A stretch of DNA of 64,000 nt from Eledone cirrhosa. Taxonomy: Eukaryota. Within the stretch, counting starts at the first letter, position 1; each line of letters begins with the position of its first letter. Of this stretch, positions 1 through 13,949 are shown piece by piece. The notes beneath the pieces were generated by a model. It saw only the letters and a program-made list of their open reading frames with translations. It did no database searches and was not told the origin of the DNA. Location: positions 82,646,001 through 82,710,000 of the forward strand of contig OZ024745.1 of assembly GCA_964016885.1 (NCBI GenBank). Direction: 5' to 3'. A program made the position numbers and the translations under genes.

Positions 1-149
1 ACCCCTTTACCACCATTACAGTGGAAAATGTAGTCTTACATAACCCCTTTACCACCATTACAGTGGACAATGTAGCCTTACATAACCCCTTTACCACCAT
101 TACAGTGGCCAATGTAGTCTTACATAATCCCTTTACCACCATTACAGTG

Positions 150-1436
150 GACAATTTTGTCTTACATAGCCCCTTTACCACCATTACAGTGGACAGTGTA
201 GCCTTACATAACCCCTTTACCACCATTACAGTGGACAGTGTAGCCTTACATAACCCCTTTACCACCATTACAGTTGACAATGTAGTCTTACATAACCCCT
301 TTACCACCATTACAGTGCACAATGTAGACTTACATAACCCCTTTCCACCATTACAGTGGACAATGTAGTCTTACATAACCCCTTTACCACCATTACAATG
401 GACAATGTAGTCTTACATAACCCCTTTACCACCATTACAATGGACAATGTAGTTTTTACATAACCCCTTTACCAGCATTACAGTGGAAAATGTAATCTTA
501 CATAACCCCTTTATCACGATTACAGTGGACAATGTAGTCTTACATAACCCATTTACCACCATTACAGTGGACAATGTAGTCTTACATAACCCCTTTACCA
601 CCATTACAGTGGACAATGTAGCCTTACATAACCTCCTTACCACCATTACAGTGGGTAATGTAGTCTTACATAACACCTTTACCACCATTACAGTGGACAA
701 TGTAGTCTTACATAACCCTTTTATCACCATTACAGTAGACAATGTAGCCTTACATAACCACTTTACCACCATTACAGTGGGTAATGTAGCCTTACATAAC
801 CTTTTACCACCATTTCAGTGGGTAATGTAGCCTTACATAACCCATTTACCACCATTACAGAGGACAATGTAGTCTTACATAACCCCTTTGCCACCATTAC
901 AGTGGACAATGTAGTCTTACATAACCCCTTTACCACCATTACAGTGGACAATGTAGTCTTACATAGCCCCTTTACCACCATTACAGTGGACAATGTAGTC
1001 TTACATAACACATTTACCACCATTACAGTGGACAATGTAGCCTTACATAACCCCTTTACCACCGTTACAGTGGACAATGTAGTCTTACATAACCCCTTTA
1101 CCTCCATTATAGTGGACAATTTTGTCTTACATAACCCCTTTACCACCATTACAGTGGACAGTGTAGCCTTACATAACCCCTTTACCACCATTACAGTGGA
1201 CAGTGTAGCCTTACATAACCCCATTACCACCATTACAGTGGACAATGTAGTCTTACATAACCCCTTTACCACCATTACAGTGGACAATGTAGCCTTACAT
1301 AACCCCTTTACCACCATTACAGTGGACAGTGTAGCCTTACATAACCCCTTTACCACCATTACAGTGGACAATGTAGTCTTACATAACCCCTTTACCACCA
1401 TTACAGTTGACAATGTAGTCTTACATAACCCCTTTA
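150..1436. repeat. Higher-order block duplicated at ~13762-15048 (offset 13,612 bp)
   Basis: Shared rare markers: the AACCTTTT 1-bp deletion (~800 and ~14412, found only at these two sites) and AACACCTTT (~672 / ~14284). ORFs 483..830 and 14095..14442 are identical. Confidence 0.9.
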
Positions 1437-1759
1437 CCGCTGTTACAGTGGACAACGTTGTCTTACGTAACCCCTTTACCACCATTACAGTGGACAATGT
1501 AGCCTTACATAACCCCTTTACCACCATTACAGTAGACAATGTAGACTTACATAACCTCTTTACCACCATTTCAGTGGACAATGTAGTCTTACATAACCCT
1601 TTTATCACCATTACAGTAGACAGTGTAGCCTTACATAACCCCTTTACCACCATTACAGTGGGTAATGTAGCCTTACATAACCTCTTTACCACCATTTCAG
1701 TGGGTAATGTAGCCTAACATAACCCCTGTACCAACATTACAGTGGGTTATGTAGCCTTA

Positions 1760-3760
1760 CATAACCGCTTTACCACCATTACAGTGGGTTATGTTGTCTT
1801 ACATAACCCCTTTACCACCATTACAGTGGGCAATGTAGCCTTACATAACCCCATTGCCACCATTACAGTGGACAATGTAGTCTTACATAACCCCTTTACC
1901 TCCATTACAGTGGACAATGTAGTCTTACATACACTGTTTACCACCATTACAGTAGACAATGTAGTCTTACATAACCCCTTTACCACCATTACAGTGGACA
2001 ATGTAGTCTTACATAACCCCTTTTACCACCACTACAGTGGACAATGTAGTCTTACATAACCCCTTTACCACCATTACAGTGGACAATGTAGCCATACATA
2101 ACCCCTTTACCATCATTACAGTGGACAATGTAGTCTTACATAACCCCTTTACCACCATTACAGTGGACAATGTAGTCTTACATAACCTCTTTACCACCAT
2201 TACAGTAGACAATGTAGTCTTACATAACCCCTTTACCACCATTACAGTGGAAAATGTAGTCTTACATAACCCCTTTATCACGATTACAGTGGACAATGTA
2301 GCCTTACATAACCCCTTTACCACCATTACAGTGGACAATGTAGTCTTACATAACCCCTTTATCACCATTACAGTGGACAATGTAGCCTTACATAACCCCT
2401 TTAACACCAGTACAGTGGACAACGTAGTCTTACATAACCCCTTTACCATCATTACAGTGGACAATATAGTCTTACATAAGCCCTTTACCAACATTACAGT
2501 GGGTAATGTAGTCTTACATAACCCCTTTACCACCATTACAGTGGATGGTGTAGCTTACATAACCCCTTTGCCACCATTACAGTGGACAATGTAGTCTTAC
2601 ATAACCCCTTTACCACCATTACAGTGGACAATGTAGTCTTACATAACCTCTTTACCACCATTACAGTAGACAATGTAGTCTTACATAACCCCTTTATCAC
2701 CATTACAGTGGGTTATGTAGTCTTACATAAACCCTTTACCACCATTACAGTGGACAATGTAGCCTTACATAACCCCTTTACCATCATTACAGTGGACAAT
2801 GTAGTCTTACATAAGCCCTTTACCACCATTACAGTGGACAATGTAGCCTTACATAACCCCTTTACCACCATTACAGTGGACAATGTAGTCTTACATAACC
2901 CCTATACCACCATTACAGTGGACAATGTAGTCTTACATAACCCCTTTACCACCATTAAAGTGGACAATGTAGTCTTACATAACCCATTTACCACCATTTC
3001 AGTGGACAATGTAGTATTACATAACCCCTTTACCACCATTACAGTGGAGAGTGTAGCCTTACATAACCCCTTTACCACCATTACAATAGACAATGTAGCC
3101 TTACATAACCCCTTTACCACCATTACAGTGGACAGTGGTGTCTGGCATAACCCCTTTACCACCATTACAGTGGACAGTGGTGTCTGACATAACCCCTTTA
3201 CCACCATTACAGTGGACAATGTAGTCTTACATAATCCCTTTACAACCATTACAGTGGATAGTGTTGTCTTACATAACCCCTTTACCACCATTACAGTGGA
3301 CAATGTAGTCTTACATAACCCCTTTACCACCATTACGGTGGACAATGTAGCCTTACATAACCCCTTTACCACCATTACAGTGGGTTATGTAGTCTTACAT
3401 AACCCATTTACCGCCATTACAGTGGACAATGTAACCTTACATAACCCCTTTACCACCATTACAGTGGGTTATGTAGTCTTACATAACCGCTTTACCACCA
3501 TTACAGTAGACAATGTAGTCTTACATAACCTCTTTACCACCATTACAGTTGACAATGTTGTCTTACATAACCCCTTTACCACCATTACAGTGTACAATGT
3601 AGTCTTACATAACCCCTTTACAACCATTACAGTTGACAATGTAGTCTTACATAACCCCTTTACCACCATTACAGTGGAAATGTAGTCTTACATAACCCCT
3701 TTACCACCATTACAATGGACAATGTAGTCTTACATAACCTCTTTATCACCATTACAATGG
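1760..3760. repeat. Divergent module C of the satellite (full copy at ~59095-61095; partial copies at ~49980-51200, ~55270-56440, ~63340-64000)
   Basis: Ordered diagnostic variants: AACCGC, GGTTATG, CCATTGCC, CATACACTG, CCCCTTTT+CACTAC, GCCATAC, TTAACACCAGT, GA(T/C)GGTGTAGCTTAC, CCCTAT, AGTGGTGTCTGG. ORFs 2037..2594, 50257..50814, 55550..56107 and 59371..59928 are near-identical. Confidence 0.9.
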
Positions 3761-6080
3761 ACAATGTAGTCTTACATAACCCCTTTACCACCATTACAAT
3801 GGACAATGTAGTTTTTACATAACCCCTTTACCAGCATTACAGTGGAAAATGTAATCTTACATAACCCCTTTATCACAATTACAGTGGACAATGTAGTCTT
3901 ACATAACCCATTTACCACCATTACAGTGGACAATGTAGTCTTACATAACCCCTTTACCACCATTACAGTGGACAATGTAGCCTTACATAACCTCCTTACC
4001 ACCATTACAGTGGGTAATGTAGTCTTACATAACCCCTTTACCACCATTACAGTGGACAATGTAGTCTTACATAACCCTTTTATCACCATTACAGTAGACA
4101 ATGTAGCCTTACATAACCACTTTACCACCATTACAGTGGGTAATGTAGCCTTACATAACCCCTTTACCACCATTACAGTGGACAATGTAGTCTTACATAA
4201 CCCCTTTACCACCATTACAGTTGACAATGTAGCCTTACATAACCTCCTTACCACCATTACAGTGGGTAATGTAGTCTTACATAACCCCTTTACCACCATT
4301 TCAGTGGGTAATGTAGCCTTACATAACCCCTTTACCACCATTACAGTGGACAATGTAGTCTTACATAACCCCTTTACCACCATTACAGTGGACAATGTAG
4401 TCATACATAACCTGTTTACCACCATTACAGTAGACAATGTAGTCTTACATAACCCCTTTAGCACCATTACAGTGGACAATGTAGTCTTACATAACCCCTT
4501 TTACCACCATTACAGTGGACAATGTAGTCTTACATAACCCCTTTACCACCATTACACTGGACAATGTAGTCTTACATAACCCCTTTATCACCATTACAGT
4601 GGACAATGTAGCCTTACATAACCCCTTTACCATAATTACAGTGGGTAATGCAGTCTTACATAACCCCTTTACTACCATTACAGTGGAAAATGTAATCTTA
4701 CATAACCCCTTCATCACGATTACAGTGGACAATGTAGCCTTACATAACCCCTTTACCACTATTAAAGTGAACAATGTAGTCTTACATAACCCCTTTACCA
4801 CCATTACAGTGGACAATTTTGTCTTACATAACCCCTTTACAACCATTACAGTAGACAATGTAGCCTTACATAACCCCTTTACAACCATTACAGTGGACAG
4901 TGTAGCCTTACATAACCCCTTTACCACCATTACAGTGGACAATGTAGTCTTACATAACCCCTTTACCACCATTACAGTGTACAATGTAGCCTTACATAAC
5001 CCCTTTACCACCATTAGAGTTTACAATGTAGTCTTACATAACCCCTTTACCATCATTACAGTTGACAATGTAATCTTACATAACCCCTTTACCACCATTA
5101 CAGTGGAGAGTGTAGCCTTACATAACCCCTTTACCACCATTACAGTGGAAAATGTAGTCTTACATAAGCCCTCTACCACCATTACAGTGGGTAATGTAGT
5201 CTTACATAACCCCTTTACCACCATTAAAGTGGACAATGTAGTCTTACATAACCCCTTAACCACCATTACAGTGGACAATTTTGTCTTACATAACCCCTTT
5301 ACCACCATTACAGTGGACAGTGTAGCCTTACATAACCCCTTTACCACCATTACATTGGACAATGTAGCCTTACATAACCCCTTTACCACCATTACAGTGG
5401 ACAATGTAGTCTTACATAACCCCTTTACCACCATTAAAGTGGACAATGTAGTCTTACATAACCCCTTTACCACCATTACAGTGGACAATTTAGTCTTACA
5501 TAACCCCTTTACCACCATTACAGTGGACAATGTAGTCTTACATAACTCCTTTACCACCATTACAGTGGAAAATGTAGTCTTACATAACCCCTTTACCACC
5601 ATTACAGTGGACAATGTAGCCTTACATAACCCCTTTACCACCATTACAGTGGACAATGTAGTCTTACATAATCCCTTTACCACCATTACAGTGGACAATT
5701 TTGTCTTACATAGCCCCTTTACCACCATTACAGTGGACAGTGTAGCCTTACATAACCCCTTTACCACCATTACAGTGGACAGTGTAGCCTTACATAACCC
5801 CTTTACCACCATTACAGTGGACAATGTAGTCTTACATAACCCCTTTACCACCATTACAGTGCACAATGTAGTCTTACATAACCCCTTTACCACCATTACA
5901 GTGGACAATGTAGTCTTACATAACCCCTTTACCACCATTACAGTGCACAATGTACTCTTACATAACCCCTTTACCACCGTTACAGTGGACAATGTAGTCT
6001 TACATAACCCCTTTACCACCATTACAATGGACAATGTAGTCTTACATAACCCCTTTACCACCATTACAATGGACAATGTA

Positions 6081-9000
6081 GTTTTTACATAACCCTTTTA
6101 TCACCATTACAGTAGACAATGTAGCCTTACATAACCACTTTACCACCATTACAGTGGGTAATGTAGCCTTACATAACCTCTTTACCACCATTTCAGTGGG
6201 TAATGTAGCCTTACATAACCCCTTTACCACCATTACAGAGGACAATGTAGTCTTACATAACCCCTTTGCCACCATTACAGTGGACAATGTAGTCTTACAT
6301 AACCCCTTTACCACCATTACAGTGGACATTGTAGTCTTACATAGCCCCTTTACCACCATTACAGTGGACAATGTAGTCTTACATAACACATTTACCACCA
6401 TTACAGTGGACAATGTAGCCTTACATAACCCCTTTACCACCGTTACAGTGGACAATGTAGTCTTACATAACCCCTTTACCTCCATTATAGTGGACAATTT
6501 TGTCTTACATAACCCCTTTACCACCATTACAGTGGACAGTGTAGCCTTACATAACCCCTTTACCACCATTACAGTGGACAGTGTAGCCTTACATAACCCC
6601 ATTACGACCATTACAGTGGACAATGTAGTCTTACATAACCCCTTTACCACCATTACAGTGGACAATGTAGCCTTACATAACCTCTTTACCACCATTACAG
6701 TGGACAATGTAGTCTTACATAACCACTTTACCACCATTACAGTTGACAATGTAGTCTTACATAACCCCTTTACCACCATTACAGTTGACAATGTAATCTT
6801 ACATAACCCCTTTACCACTATTACAGTGGACAGTGTAGCCTTACATAACCCCTTTACCACCATTACAGTTGACAATGTAGTCTTACATAACCCCTTTACC
6901 ACCATTACAGTTGACAACGTAATCTTACATAACCCCTTTACCACCATTACAGTGGACAGTGTAGCCTTACATAACCCCTCTACCACCATTACAGTGGGTA
7001 ATGTAGTCTTACATAACCCCTTTACCACCATTACAGTGGACAATGTAGTCTTACATAACCCCTTTACCACCATTACAGTGGACAATGTAGTCTTACATAA
7101 CCTGTTTACCACCATTACAGTAGACAATGTAGTCTTACATAACCCCTTTAGCACCATTACAGTGGACAATGTAGTCTTACATAACCCCTTTACCACCATT
7201 ACACTGGACAATGTAGTCTTACATAACCCCTTTATCACCATTACAGTGCACAATGTAGCCTTACATAACCCCTTTACCATAATTACATTGGGTAATGCAG
7301 TCTTACATAACCCCTTTACTACCATTACAGTGGAAAATGTAATCTTACATAACCCCTTCATCACGATTACAGTGGACAATGTAGCCTTACATAACCCCTT
7401 TACCACTATTACAGTGGACAATGTAGTCTTACATAACCCCTTTACCACCATTACAGTGGACAATTTTGTCTTACATAACCCCTTTACAACCATTACAGTA
7501 GACAATGTAGCCTTACATAACCCCTTTACAACCATTACAGTGGACAGTGTAGCCTTACATAACCCCTTTACCACCATTACAGTGGACAATGTAGTCTTAC
7601 ATAACCCCTTTACCACCATTACAGTGTACAATGTAGCCTTACATAACCCCTTTACCACCATTAGAGTTTACAATGTAGTCTTACATAACCCCTTTACCAC
7701 CATTACAGTGGAGAGTGTAGCCTTACATAACCCCTTTACCACCATTACAGTGGAAAATGTAGTCTTACATAAGCCCTCTACCACCATTACAGTGGGTAAT
7801 GTAGTCTTACATAACCCCTTTACCACCATTAAAGTGGACAATGTAGTCTTACATAACCCCTTAACCACCATTACAGTGGACAATTTTGTCTTACATAACC
7901 CCTTTACCACCATTACAGTGGACAGTGTAGCCTTACATAACCCCTTTACCACCATTACATTGGACAATGTAGCCTTACATAACCCCTTTACCACCATTAC
8001 AGTGGACAATGTAGTCTTACATAACCCCTTTACCACCATTAAAGTGGACAATGTAGTCTTACATAACCCCTTTACCACCATTACAGTGGACAATTTAGTC
8101 TTACATAACCCCTTTACCACCATTACAGTGGACAATCTAGTCTTACATAACTCCTTTACCACCATTACAGTGGAAAATGTAGTCTTACATAACCCCTTTA
8201 CCACCATTACAGTGGACAATGTAGCCTTACATAACCCCTTTACCACCATTACAGTGGACAATGTAGTCTTACATAATCCCTTTACCACCATTACAGTGGA
8301 CAATTTTGTCTTACATAGCCCCTTTACCACCATTACAGTGGACAGTGTAGCCTTACATAACCCCTTTACCACCATTACAGTGGACAGTGTAGCCTTACAT
8401 AACCCCTTTACCACCATTACAGTGGACAATGTAGTCTTACATAACCCCTTTACCACCATTACAGTGCACAATGTAGTCTTACATAACCCCTTTACCACCA
8501 TTACAGTGGACAATGTAGTCTTACATAACCCCTTTACCACCATTACAGTGCACAATGTACTCTTACATAACCCCTTTACCACCGTTACAGTGGACAATGT
8601 AGTCTTACATAACCCCTTTACCACCATTACAATGGACAATGTAGTCTTACATAACCCCTTTACCACCATTACAATGGACAATGTAGTTTTTACATAACCC
8701 TTTTATCACCATTACAGTAGACAATGTAGCCTTACATAACCACTTTACCACCATTACAGTGGGTAATGTAGCCTTACATAACCTCTTTACCACCATTTCA
8801 GTGGGTAATGTAGCCTTACATAACCCCTTTACCACCATTACAGAGGACAATGTAGTCTTACATAACCCCTTTGCCACCATTACAGTGGACAATGTAGTCT
8901 TACATAACCCCTTTACCACCATTACAGTGGACATTGTAGTCTTACATAGCCCCTTTACCACCATTACAGTGGACAATGTAGTCTTACATAACACATTTAC

Positions 9001-12000
9001 CACCATTACAGTGGACAATGTAGCCTTACATAACCCCTTTACCACCGTTACAGTGGACAATGTAGTCTTACATAACCCCTTTACCTCCATTATAGTGGAC
9101 AATTTTGTCTTACATAACCCCTTTACCACCATTACAGTGGACAGTGTAGCCTTACATAACCCCTTTACCACCATTACAGTGGACAGTGTAGCCTTACATA
9201 ACCCCATTACGACCATTACAGTGGACAATGTAGTCTTACATAACCCCTTTACCACCATTACAGTGGACAATGTAGCCTTACATAACCTCTTTACCACCAT
9301 TACAGTGGACAGTGTAGCCTTACATAACCCCTTTACCACCATTACAGTGGACAATGTAGTCTTACATAACCACTTTACCACCATTACAGTTGACAATGTA
9401 GTCTTACATAACCCCTTTACCACCATTACAGTTGACAATGTAATCTTACATAACCCCTTTACCACTATTACAGTGGACAGTGTAGCCTTACATAACCCCT
9501 TTACCACCATTACAGTTGACAATGTAGTCTTACATAACCCCTTTACCACCATTACAGTTGACAACGTAATCTTACATAACCCCTTTACCACCATTACAGT
9601 GGACAGTGTAGCCTTACATAACCCCTCTACCACCATTACAGTGGGTAATGTAGTCTTACATAACCCCTTTACCACCATTACAGTGGACAATGTAGTCTTA
9701 CATAACCCCTTTACCACCATTACAGTGGACAATGTAGTCTTACATAACCTGTTTACCACCATTACAGTAGACAATGTAGTCTTACATAACCCCTTTAGCA
9801 CCATTACAGTGGACAATGTAGTCTTACATAACCCCTTTACCACCATTACACTGGACAATGTAGTCTTACATAACCCCTTTATCACCATTACAGTGCACAA
9901 TGTAGCCTTACATAACCCCTTTACCATAATTACATTGGGTAATGCAGTCTTACATAACCCCTTTACTACCATTACAGTGGAAAATGTAATCTTACATAAC
10001 CCCTTCATCACGATTACAGTGGACAATGTAGCCTTACATAACCCCTTTACCACTATTACAGTGGACAATGTAGTCTTACATAACCCCTTTACCACCATTA
10101 CAGTGGACAATTTTGTCTTACATAACCCCTTTACAACCATTACAGTAGACAATGTAGCCTTACATAACCCCTTTACAACCATTACAGTGGACAGTGTAGC
10201 CTTACATAACCCCTTTACCACCATTACAGTGGACAATGTAGTCTTACATAACCCCTTTACCACCATTACAGTGTACAATGTAGCCTTACATAACCCCTTT
10301 ACCACCATTAGAGTTTACAATGTAGTCTTACATAACCCCTTTACCATCATTACAGTTGACAATGTAATCTTACATAACCCCTTTACCACCATTACAGTTG
10401 ACAATGTAGTCTTACATAACCCCTTTACCACCATTACAGTGTACAATGTAGCCTTACATAACCCCTTTACCACCATTAGAGTTTACAATGTAGTCTTACA
10501 TAACCCCTTTACCACCATTACAGTGGACAATGTAGTCTTACATAACCACTTTACCACCATTACAGTTGACAATGTAGTCTTACTTAACCCCTTTACCACC
10601 ATTACAGTTGACAATGTAATCTTACATAACCCCTTTACCACTATTACAGTGGACAGTGTAGCCTTACATAACCCCTTTACCACCATTACAGTTGACAATG
10701 TAGTCTTACATAACCCCTTTACCACCATTACAGTTGACAACGTAATCTTACATAACCCCTTTACCACCATTACAGTGGACAGTGTAGCCTTACATAACCC
10801 CTCTACCACCATTACAGTGGGTAATGTAGTCTTACATAACCCCTTTACCACCATTACAGTGGACAATGTAGTCTTACATAACCCCTTTACCACCATTACA
10901 GTGGACAATGTAGTCTTACATAACCTGTTTACCACCATTACAGTAGACAATGTAGTCTTACATAACCCCTTTAGCACCATTACAGTGGACAATGTAGTCT
11001 TACATAACGCCTTTACCACCATTACACTGGACAATGTAGTCTTACATAACCCCTTTATCACCATTACAGTGGACAATGTAGCCTTACATAACCCCTTTAC
11101 CATAATTACATTGGGTAATGCAGTCTTACATAACCCCTTTACTACCATTACAGTGGAAAATGTAATCTTACATAACCCCTTCATCACGATTACAGTGGAC
11201 AATGTAGCCTTACATAACCCCTTTACCACTATTACAGTGGACAATGTAGTCTTACATAACCCCTTTACCACCATTCCAGTGGACAATTTTGTCTTACATA
11301 ACCCCTTTACAACCGTTACAGTAGACAATGTAGCCTTACATAACCCCTTTACAACCATTACAGTGGACAGTGTAGCCTTACATAACCCCTTTACCACCAT
11401 TACAGTGGACAATGTAGTCTTACATAACCCCTTTACCACCATTACAGTGTACAATGTAGCCTTACATAACCCCTTTACCACCATTAGAGTTTACAATGTA
11501 GTCTTACATAACCCCTTTACCATCATTACAGTTGACAATGTAATCTTACATAACCCCTTTACCACCATTACAGTGGACAGTGTAGCCTTACATAACCCCT
11601 TTACCACCATTACAGTGGAAAATGTAGTCTTACATAACCCCTCTACCACCATTACAGTGGGTAATGTAGTCTTACATAACCCCTTTACCACCATTAAAGT
11701 GGACAATGTAGTCTTACATAACCCCTTAACCACCATTACAGTGGACAGTGTAGCCTTACATAACCCCTTTACCACCATTACATTGGACAATGTAGCCTTA
11801 CATAACCCCTTTACCACCATTACAGTGGACAATGTAGTCTTACATAACCCCTTTACCACCATTAAAGTGGACAATGTAGTCTTACATAACCCCTTTACCA
11901 CCATTACAGTGGACAATTTAGTCTTACATAACCCCTTTACCACCATTACAGTGGACAATGTAGTCTTACATAACTCCTTTACCACCATTACAGTGGAAAA

Positions 12001-13660
12001 TGTAGTCTTACATAACCCCTTTACCACCATTACAGTGGACAATGTAGCCTTACATAACCCCTTTACCACCATTACAGTGGACAATGTAGTCTTACATAAT
12101 CCCTTTACCACCATTACAGTGGACAATTTTGTCTTACATAGCCCCTTTACCACCATTACAGTGGACAGTGTAGCCTTACATAACCCCTTTACCACCATTA
12201 CAGTGGACAGTGTAGCCTTACATAACCCCTTTACCACCATTACAGTGGACAATGTAGTCTTACATAACCCCTTTACCACCATTACAGTGCACAATGTAGT
12301 CTTACATAACCCCTTTACCACCATTACAGTGGACAATGTAGTCTTACATAACCCCTTTACCACCATTACAGTGCACAATGTAGTCTTACATAACCCCTTT
12401 ACCACCGTTACAGTGGACAATGTAGTCTTACATAACCCCTTTACCACCATTACAATGGACAATGTAGTCTTACATAACCCCTTTACCACCATTACAATGG
12501 ACAATGTAGTTTTTACATAACCCTTTTATCACCATTACAGTAGACAATGTAGCCTTAAATAACCACTTTACCACCATTACAGTGGGTAATGTAGCCTTAC
12601 ATAACCTCTTTACCACCATTTCAGTGGGTAATGTAGCCTTACATAACCCCTTTACCAGCATTACAGAGGACAATGTAGTCTTACATAACCCCTTTGCCAC
12701 CATTACAGTGGACAATGTAGTCTTACATAACCCCTTTACCACCATTACAGTGGACATTGTAGTCTTACATAGCCCCTTTACCACCATTACAGTGGACAAT
12801 GTAGTCTTACATAACACATTTACCACCATTACAGTGGACAATGTAGCCTTACATAACCCCTTTACCACCGTTACAGTGGACAATGTAGTCTTACATAACC
12901 CCTTTACCTCCATTATAGTGGGCAATTTTGTCTTACATAACCCCTTTACCACCATTACAGTGGACAGTGTAGCCTTACATAACCCCTTTACCACCATTAC
13001 AGTGGACAGTGTAGCCTTACATAACCCCATTACCACCATTACAGTGGACAATGTAGTCTTACATAACCCCTTTACCACCATTACAGTGGACAATGTAGCC
13101 TTACATAACCTCTTTACCACCATTACAGTGGACAGTGTAGCCTTACATAACCCCTTTACCACCATTACAGTGGACAATGTAGTCTTACATAACCACTTTA
13201 CCACCATTACAGTTGACAATGTAGTCTTACATAACCCCTTTACCACCATTACAGTTGACAATGTAATCTTACATAACCCCTTTACCACTATTACAGTGGA
13301 CAGTGTAGCCTTACATAACCCCTTTACCACCATTACAGTTGACAATGTAGTCTTACATAACCCCTTTACCACCATTACAGTTGACAACGTAATCTTACAT
13401 AACCCCTTTACCACCATTACAGTGGACAGTGTAGCCTTACATAACCCCTCTACCACCATTACAGTGGGTAATGTAGTCTTACATAACCCCTTTACCACCA
13501 TTACAGTGGACAATGTAGTCTTACATAACCCCTTTACCACCATTACAGTGGACAATGTAGTCTTACATAACCTGTTTACCACCATTACAGTAGACAATGT
13601 AGTCTTACATAACCCCTTTAGCACCATTACAGTGGACAATGTAGTCTTACATAACCCCTT
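6081..13660. repeat. Local higher-order repeat: ~62-monomer unit (2,605 bp) starting at ~6081, ~8686 and ~12509; the second copy is expanded to 3,823 bp by internal duplication and the third is truncated
   Basis: Each unit starts GTAGTTTTTACATAACCCTTTTATC and shares GACATTGTAGTCTTACATAGC. ATTACGACC occurs at ~6601 and ~9206. ORF ends 6042/8647/12470 give offsets of 2,605 and 3,823. Confidence 0.88.
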
Positions 13661-13949
13661 TTACCACCATTACAGTGGACAATGTAGTCTTACATAACCC
13701 CTTTACCACCATTACACTGGACAATGTAGTCTTACATAACCCCTTTATCACCATTACAGTGGACAATTTTGTCTTACATAGCCCCTTTACCACCATTACA
13801 GTGGACAGTGTAGCCTTACATAACCCCTTTACCACCATTACAGTGGACAGTGTAGCCTTACATAACCCCTTTACCACCATTACAGTTGACAATGTAGTCT
13901 TACATAACCCCTTTACCACCATTACAGTGCACAATGTAGACTTACATAA

